Assembly: GCA_009885745.1 (NCBI GenBank)
Contig: VFKC01000026.1
Location: 1 to 57,567, forward strand
Direction of reading: 5' to 3'
Source of the DNA: Actinomycetota bacterium
Lineage (GTDB): Bacteria; Actinomycetota; Actinomycetes; S36-B12; UBA5976
DNA length: 57,567 bases
Positions 52,268 to 57,567 of the stretch are shown here, in pieces (position 1 is the first letter of the stretch; each line of letters opens with the position of its first letter). The position numbers were made by a program, and so were the translations under genes. A model generated the notes under the pieces. That model made no database searches. It was not told where the DNA came from and worked only from the letters and a program-made list of their open reading frames with translations.

Positions 52268-53257
52268 TTACCTGGCAATTAAAGATCCGAGGTGTGGCTC
52301 AACTTCCATTGCTGCCTCTTGCCCGTACGCCACCCCAAGTCTGCGAACAAAATCTTCTTCATCCAAAGTGAATTCTTGCGTTCCAATTGTTTCAATGACG
52401 TATGTGGCAAGTAGTGAGCCCACTTGAGCGCATCGTTCCAGCCCTAGACCCCAATCCAGACCGGTGATAAAGCCAGCTCGGAATGCATCACCGACACCTG
52501 TTGGATCCTTTATTGATTTCTCTTGAGCCACCGGAACATGAATGTCTAGTCCCTTAATTGAGGTGATTTGCACACCATTCTTACCAAGTGTCGTAACCCT
52601 GATTCCTACATGTTCTAGGACCTCGTTGGATGTCCAGCCAGTCCTCTGCTCAATCAAGGTGGCTTCGTACTCATTATTGAATAGGAAATCAGCACCATCA
52701 ATGATGCTGATTGTCTGAGCGCCATCAAGTCGAGGCAACTGTTGAGAAGGATCAGCGATGAATTTGATCCCCAAGTCGCGGCAAGCATTGGAGTGAGCAA
52801 TCATCGCGCTTGGGTCATCAGCTCCAATAAGAGCCAAATCGATTCCACCCACTGCCTCACTTATTCTCCCAAGACTGATGTCTGCTGACTCTGACATCGC
52901 GCCAGGATAAAACGACGCAATCTGATTTTGTTCCTGATCTGTGGTGCACATAAATCTTGCCGTGTGCGCTTTTGTGGAGATGTGCACATGTTGACAGTCC
53001 ACTCCATGTTCCTGAAGCCAAGCGCGGTAATCCAGGAAATCATTACCAACTGCTGCGACCAATAAGGGATTGCCACCAAGCACACCCATCCCGAAACAAA
53101 TGTTTGCAGCCACTCCGCCACGACGAATCTGTAAATCGTCCACGAGGAAAGACAACGACACATTATGCAATTGGTCAGCCATCAATGAATCATTGAACAA
53201 ACCTGGGAAAGTCATCAGATGGTCAGTTGCTACTGAGCCAGTAATTGCAATGCGCAT
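52268..53257 (-). CDS. adoK: PfkB family kinase, adenosine kinase (Rv2202c-like)
   Basis: GSVATDHLM.FPG, RRGGVAANI, DPSQQL, DPTGVGDAFRAG. Confidence 0.85.
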   Translation of the reverse strand: MRIAITGSVATDHLMTFPGLFNDSLMADQLHNVSLSFLVDDLQIRRGGVAANICFGMGVLGGNPLLVAAVGNDFLDYRAWLQEHGVDCQHVHISTKAHTARFMCTTDQEQNQIASFYPGAMSESADISLGRISEAVGGIDLALIGADDPSAMIAHSNACRDLGIKFIADPSQQLPRLDGAQTISIIDGADFLFNNEYEATLIEQRTGWTSNEVLEHVGIRVTTLGKNGVQITSIKGLDIHVPVAQEKSIKDPTGVGDAFRAGFITGLDWGLGLERCAQVGSLLATYVIETIGTQEFTLDEEDFVRRLGVAYGQEAAMEVEPHLGSLIAR

Positions 53258-53274
53258 ATAAGTTGAGCCTAACG

Positions 53275-53312
53275 AAAAGTACCCGCCCCTGATAGACAGG
53301 CACGGGTACTTT
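53275..53312 (-). terminator. Intrinsic terminator after erpA
   Basis: aaagtacccg...cgggtacttt inverted repeat with inner cctg/cagg stem; T-run on minus strand. Confidence 0.65.
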
Positions 53313-53323
53313 ACAAAAAATTC

Positions 53324-53695
53324 TTAACTAAATGAATCTCCACATGCGCACGATCCGCCTGCATTTGGATTGTCAATCGTGAAACCTTGCTTCTCGATGG
53401 TGTCGACAAAATCAATAATGGCGCCACCTAGATATGGCACGCTCATGCGATCCACGACTACCCCAACGCCACTGATCTCTTCACGAACATCTCCATCGAG
53501 TTTGCGATCATCGAAGAAAAGTTGGTAACGCAAACCAGAACATCCACCGGGCTGAACTGCAATGCGCAAATTCAAATCGTTGCGACCCTCTTGAATTAGA
53601 AGAGTGCGAACCTTTTCGGCAGCAACATCGGTAAGCACAACGCTCGAATTGATAGTTACTTCTTCAACTACGTCACTTGATACTTCGGCGGTCAT
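53324..53695 (-). CDS. erpA: A-type Fe-S carrier (HesB/IscA/ErpA family)
   Basis: PGGCSG, NPNAGGSCACGDSF; AAGGAG 5 nt before ATG 53695. Confidence 0.92.
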   Translation of the reverse strand: MTAEVSSDVVEEVTINSSVVLTDVAAEKVRTLLIQEGRNDLNLRIAVQPGGCSGLRYQLFFDDRKLDGDVREEISGVGVVVDRMSVPYLGGAIIDFVDTIEKQGFTIDNPNAGGSCACGDSFS

Positions 53696-53808
53696 GATGC
53701 TCCTTTGAGTTACTGATTTTGCTAGCACTATGTACTATCTGCTTAACAAAAATTTCTTTAATTACATTCCCCAGTCTAAGGCACGCTGGTAGCCGATGCT
53801 GTTTCTGT

Positions 53809-54921
53809 CTAAAACTTGCCCCAAGTTCTCGCGACTCTTGTCGCTAGCGCACTAAGAGACTCCATTGGATTGGCCAAGGATTCGGCCAAACCGACCAAAT
53901 CCTTTACTGCATAGGCAGAATCAATCCCAGCGGCCGAACATTCCCGTTTTCCCAGTCGGACCTCACCTGCTAGCACGATGCATGGTTTACCCAAACTTGC
54001 GGCCTTTGCGGCCACGCCGGCAACGACTTTGCCAGACAGGCTCTGATCATCTAGACAGCCTTCTCCGGTGATAACCAAGTCACAGTCTGCAATTTTTGAG
54101 TCCATGTGGATTATGTCCATAACGGTTGAAATGCCCGCAATCCGAGTAGCCCCGAGGTGGATAAGGGCAAAGCCAATGCCTCCTGCAGCCCCAGCGCCAA
54201 GGGCAACTGCTGCATCACGACCATCGAGTCTTTTGCCAAGCAGTCGCGCAAAGTTTTCCATTGCTCCTTCAAGCAGCATTACCAACTCGTCATCTGCGCC
54301 TTTTTGTGGTGCATAAATAGCAGTGGCGCCACGAAGACCAAGAAATGGATTATCTACGTCACTGGCGGCAATCAGAGAGACTCCATCGAGTAATTCAATG
54401 ACGGGGCGCACATCCACATAAGTTAAGTCACGTAATGCAAGTCCGCCATTTTGTAACACAGCACCTACTGACGTCGCTCCTAAGGCGGCCAGCATTCCAG
54501 CGCCACCATCATTGCAAGCGGTCCCACCTAGTCCAATTGTGATGTTTGTCGCACCCAGCTCCACTGCTTGTCTAATTAATTCCCCAAGCCCATAACTTGT
54601 CGCAGTTTCAAGATTGCGAGTCTCGCTACTATCAAGTGAAATCCCACACACTTGGGCAGATTCAATCCACACACTTTGGCCCAAGACTGCAATCTGTGCC
54701 TGGACAGGATCACCATTGACTCCCGTGACAATCGATGGAATTTTAGTTGCACCTAGCGCGCAGGCTATCGATTCTATGAATCCTGGCCCACCATCAGACA
54801 TTGGTAGAAGCACAATTTCATCTTTTGGATTGGTTACTAACCAACCGCTCTTAATCGCTTCAGCGGCATCAATGGCCCGCAAGGTTCCAGTGAAACCATC
54901 GGGACTAACAAGCACTCGCAC
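53809..54921 (-). CDS. glxK: Glycerate kinase
   Basis: PDGFTGTL, SDGGPG, GLGGTACNDGG, GAGAAGG, TGEGCLD.QS..GK. Confidence 0.92.
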   Translation of the reverse strand: MRVLVSPDGFTGTLRAIDAAEAIKSGWLVTNPKDEIVLLPMSDGGPGFIESIACALGATKIPSIVTGVNGDPVQAQIAVLGQSVWIESAQVCGISLDSSETRNLETATSYGLGELIRQAVELGATNITIGLGGTACNDGGAGMLAALGATSVGAVLQNGGLALRDLTYVDVRPVIELLDGVSLIAASDVDNPFLGLRGATAIYAPQKGADDELVMLLEGAMENFARLLGKRLDGRDAAVALGAGAAGGIGFALIHLGATRIAGISTVMDIIHMDSKIADCDLVITGEGCLDDQSLSGKVVAGVAAKAASLGKPCIVLAGEVRLGKRECSAAGIDSAYAVKDLVGLAESLANPMESLSALATRVARTWGKF

Positions 54922-54939
54922 GTTGGCAGACTAGCATTA
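54922..54939. promoter_or_regulatory. Overlapping bidirectional -10 elements in an 18-bp divergent spacer
   Basis: Minus: TGnTAGTCT (hexamer 54933-54928) 6 nt before GTG 54921; plus: CAGACT (54927-54932) 7 nt before GTG 54940. Confidence 0.6.
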
Positions 54940-55512
54940 GTGTCTATGAGTTCAAACGAGATTAATCCAGACACGTCAGAAGCGGCAGCAAGTAAGGGGC
55001 GTCCGACTCCTAAACGCAAAGATGCGCAGGCAACAAGAAAAGACTTACTCAAGGGCTCAAAGGATTCAAAGGCTGACCGCAAAGCTGATCGCGTGCGAGC
55101 TCGTGAGTCACGGGCGAATGCACGCGCTGAATTAATTGCAGGCAACCCGAAATTTCTTCCCGCGCGAGATGCCGGACCTATCCGCGCCTATGTTCGAGAA
55201 TTCATCGACAGTCGTCGCACAGTTGGCGAATACTTCGTGCCAATGGCATTCATCGTCTTACTTCTTGGCATGGTTCAAAATGCAACACTACAAAAAAATG
55301 TTTTAGTTGCTTGGACATTAATGCTGATACTTGTTGTTGTGGACACGATCCTGGTTTCAATTCAATTGCGCACAGCCATCAGGCGAACTTTTCCAGAGGC
55401 GCCATCGACCCGCGGAGCAATCCCCTATGGAATTATGCGCGCTCTACAACTTCGCCGTTTGCGCATACCAAAGCCAATCTTCAAAGCAGGCGGTAAATCA
55501 ATATCTAAATAG
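54940..55512 (+). CDS. DUF3043 membrane protein (Rv2206-like)
   Basis: KGRPTPKR, LPARDAGP.R..VR...DSRR, Y..MRALQLRRLRIPKP. Confidence 0.9.
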   Translation: MSMSSNEINPDTSEAAASKGRPTPKRKDAQATRKDLLKGSKDSKADRKADRVRARESRANARAELIAGNPKFLPARDAGPIRAYVREFIDSRRTVGEYFVPMAFIVLLLGMVQNATLQKNVLVAWTLMLILVVVDTILVSIQLRTAIRRTFPEAPSTRGAIPYGIMRALQLRRLRIPKPIFKAGGKSISK

Positions 55513-55563
55513 CACCTATAACTAAATCTTTCCGTTGATGGCCCAAATCAGTAAAGTCAAGGT

Positions 55564-56565
55564 ATGGAATTCAGATATTTAGGTTCAAGTGGTTTAAAGG
55601 TCTCAGAGATTGCCTATGGCAATTGGATAACTCATGCTTCACAAATAGCAGAGGACACAGCTCGTGCTTGTGTGAATGCTGCTCTTGATGCTGGGATAAC
55701 AACTTTTGATACTGCTGATGTGTACGCCAATACTGGCGCAGAGGAAGTCCTTGGCAGAGCACTCGGCGGACAACGTCGCGAATCCTTAGAAATATTCACA
55801 AAGGTTTACTTCCCAACAGGTCCACGAGGACACAATGACAGTGGCCTTTCACGTAAGCACATCATGGAATCCTGTAACGCTTCCTTGCGTCGCTTGAACA
55901 CTGACTATGTAGACCTATATCAAGCCCACAGATTTGATTATGAAACTCCTTTGGAAGAAACCCTGCGAGCTTTTGATGATTTAGTTCGTGCTGGCAAAGT
56001 TTTATACATCGGATTTTCAGAATGGAAAGCCTCTGAGATCAAATCTGCTCTTAAAATTGCTAAAGACATGGGATTTGATCGGTTCATCTCAAGTCAACCG
56101 CAATACTCAATGCTGTGGAGGGTAATTGAAGAAAAAGTTAACCCACTCTGTGAGCAAAACGGAATCGGTCACATAGTTTGGTCACCAATGGCACAAGGTG
56201 TCTTAACTGGAAAATACTTGCCAGGCCAGACACTGCCTGAAGGTACACGAGCCACATCCGGTGAAGGTGCCATGTTTATGGATCGCCTCCTTAAAGACGA
56301 TTTGCTCAGCGCTGTGCAAAATTTGAAGCCAATCGCACAAGAACTCGGCATCACAATGGGTCAACTTGCTGTTGCTTGGGTCCTTCAGAATCGCAATGTT
56401 TCTTCAGCAATCATCGGGGCGTCACGACCTGAACAAGTGACCGAAGCTGCCCTAGCAAGTGGGATCATCTTGGCGCAAGAAATCATGGACAAGATCGATT
56501 CTGCACTTGAGAGTTTTATTGAACGAAATCCCAAACTCACCCAATCGCCAGAAGGGAGACCATAA
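55564..56565 (+). CDS. Aldo/keto reductase
   Basis: FDTADVY, TKVY, DLYQAHRFD, GKVLYIG.SE, WSPMAQG.LTGKY. Confidence 0.95.
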   Translation: MEFRYLGSSGLKVSEIAYGNWITHASQIAEDTARACVNAALDAGITTFDTADVYANTGAEEVLGRALGGQRRESLEIFTKVYFPTGPRGHNDSGLSRKHIMESCNASLRRLNTDYVDLYQAHRFDYETPLEETLRAFDDLVRAGKVLYIGFSEWKASEIKSALKIAKDMGFDRFISSQPQYSMLWRVIEEKVNPLCEQNGIGHIVWSPMAQGVLTGKYLPGQTLPEGTRATSGEGAMFMDRLLKDDLLSAVQNLKPIAQELGITMGQLAVAWVLQNRNVSSAIIGASRPEQVTEAALASGIILAQEIMDKIDSALESFIERNPKLTQSPEGRP

Positions 56566-56567
56566 CC

Positions 56568-56783
56568 ATGAGTTGGATTTGGGTTTACACGCAGGCCACA
56601 GGTGAACCTGCTGCACTGTTACCGCAAGACGCAGTAACAGAATCATTTAATTCTCAAGAAGAAGCAGAAGAGTATCTAGGTCAAACATGGCAGAAACTCT
56701 ACGACTCTGGTGTCGCCGGCGTTTCGCTCTATCAGGGAAACGAAAAAATTTATGGCCCCATGTCGCTAGAACCACCTTCTTAG
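56568..56783 (+). CDS. Conserved actinobacterial hypothetical protein
   Basis: F.SQ..AE.YLG..W..L...G...V.L......YGPMSL pattern recalled from actinobacterial proteins; GGGAG SD. Confidence 0.75.
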   Translation: MSWIWVYTQATGEPAALLPQDAVTESFNSQEEAEEYLGQTWQKLYDSGVAGVSLYQGNEKIYGPMSLEPPS

Positions 56784-56798
56784 TTTTTTCATCACTTG

Positions 56799-56807
56799 TG
56801 CTACAGT
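56799..56807 (+). promoter_or_regulatory. Extended -10 promoter for the riboswitch transcript
   Basis: TGcTACAGT, 7 nt before the riboswitch closing stem. Confidence 0.55.
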
Positions 56808-56814
56808 TGTCTCA

Positions 56815-56932
56815 CCGCGTTACCAGCGAAGTCCGGTGAAATTCCGGCGCTGTCCCGCAACTGTGAAGTGACCTTTGGTTACAAGTCAGGTCGCCTGGGA
56901 ACACGGAACCAAACAACTCTCGAGGAAGAGTT
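56815..56932 (+). promoter_or_regulatory. Cobalamin riboswitch (compact form)
   Basis: gaagtccggtgaaattccggcgctgtcccgcaactgtga core, agtcaggtcgcc B12-box, closing stem 56815-56826/56895-56906, kissing hairpin aactct-cgagga-agagtt; upstream of BtuF-like gene. Confidence 0.92.
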
Positions 56933-56991
56933 CGTCGGTTCACTTCTCTAGTGATTCGCCGTTTTTTTCTTCGGTCACACTAGGAGAACAT

Positions 56992-57567
56992 ATGTTCAAA
57001 AAATCTATGGCCGTTGCCTTAGCTGTTGTTGCGCTCGGCGCATCAACTTCTGCAACGTCCAGCACAAATGCAGCAACACCAAAGCCCTTTCCAGTAACTA
57101 TTTCAAATTACGGCGCAAATTTAACATTCACTAAATCTCCAACACGAGTAATTTCGCTATCCCCCACAGCCACTGAAATACTTTTTGCGATTGGTGCGGG
57201 CTCAAAGGTTGTGGCGGTAGATAATCAATCGAACTACCCAGCAAGCGCCCCTAAAACTTCTCTTTCTGGCTACACGCCGAACATTGAAAGCATCCTCAAC
57301 TACAATCCCGACCTAGTAGTCATCAGTTACGATCCAGGCAACTTGGTAAGTTCCTTGCGCGATGCTGGCGTGAAGGTCCTGATGCAAGACGCTGCAGTAA
57401 CAATCGATGACAGTTACGCACAGACTGTGCAACTAGGTAAAATCACTGGGCGTTCGACATCTGCAAATGCGGTTGTCTGGAACATGAAGAAGAAAATTTC
57501 ACTTGCTCTAAAAAGTGTCCCTAGTCGGGCAACTGGGCTTACTTTCTATCATGAACTTGATGACACT
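56992..57567 (+). CDS. ABC transporter substrate-binding protein, BtuF/helical-backbone family (runs off window end)
   Basis: Manual translation MFKKSMAVALAVVALGAST...PTRVISLSPTATEILFAIGAGSKVVAVD..SNYP; AGGAG SD; under B12 riboswitch. Confidence 0.9.
   Translation, partial: MFKKSMAVALAVVALGASTSATSSTNAATPKPFPVTISNYGANLTFTKSPTRVISLSPTATEILFAIGAGSKVVAVDNQSNYPASAPKTSLSGYTPNIESILNYNPDLVVISYDPGNLVSSLRDAGVKVLMQDAAVTIDDSYAQTVQLGKITGRSTSANAVVWNMKKKISLALKSVPSRATGLTFYHELDDT

Noticed and set aside
1-57567. Defence systems, prophage, IS, integrase, tRNA/rRNA
   Set aside because: None recognised; nearly all sequence is accounted for by housekeeping genes in conserved actinobacterial order.

Overview
Gene-dense core-genome segment of a moderately low-GC, streamlined actinobacterium (inferred freshwater lineage, Nanopelagicales-like; taxonomy not verifiable here). 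In order: the rimP-nusA-ylxR-infB-rbfA-nrnA-truB-ribF translation operon; proS; dxr-rseP-ispG; ALDH/gabT; a dispersed carotenoid pathway (crtA-like, cruF, GT2, crtD-like, crtE, crtI, crtB, crtYc/Yd); and the conserved actinobacterial block syntenic with Mycobacterium Rv2173-Rv2206 (mptA-like, PASTA kinase, class II DAHP synthase, plsC, fadD, GT87, pimB', DEDD/GIY-YIG nuclease, trpD, ctaE-qcrCAB, ctaCDF, adoK, erpA, glxK, DUF3043). It ends in a cobalamin riboswitch ahead of a BtuF-like gene. I saw no mobile elements, CRISPR, rRNA or tRNA, and no clearly new multi-gene system. The best leads are non-coding: a chain of hairpin-embedded mini-ORFs in the infB leader, divergent PafBC-type DNA-damage promoters, an 18-bp bidirectional promoter and pervasive leaderless starts. 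Also notable are a predicted glycosylated monocyclic carotenoid pathway and an orphan degenerate barstar. All calls come from reading motifs by eye; no searches were run.
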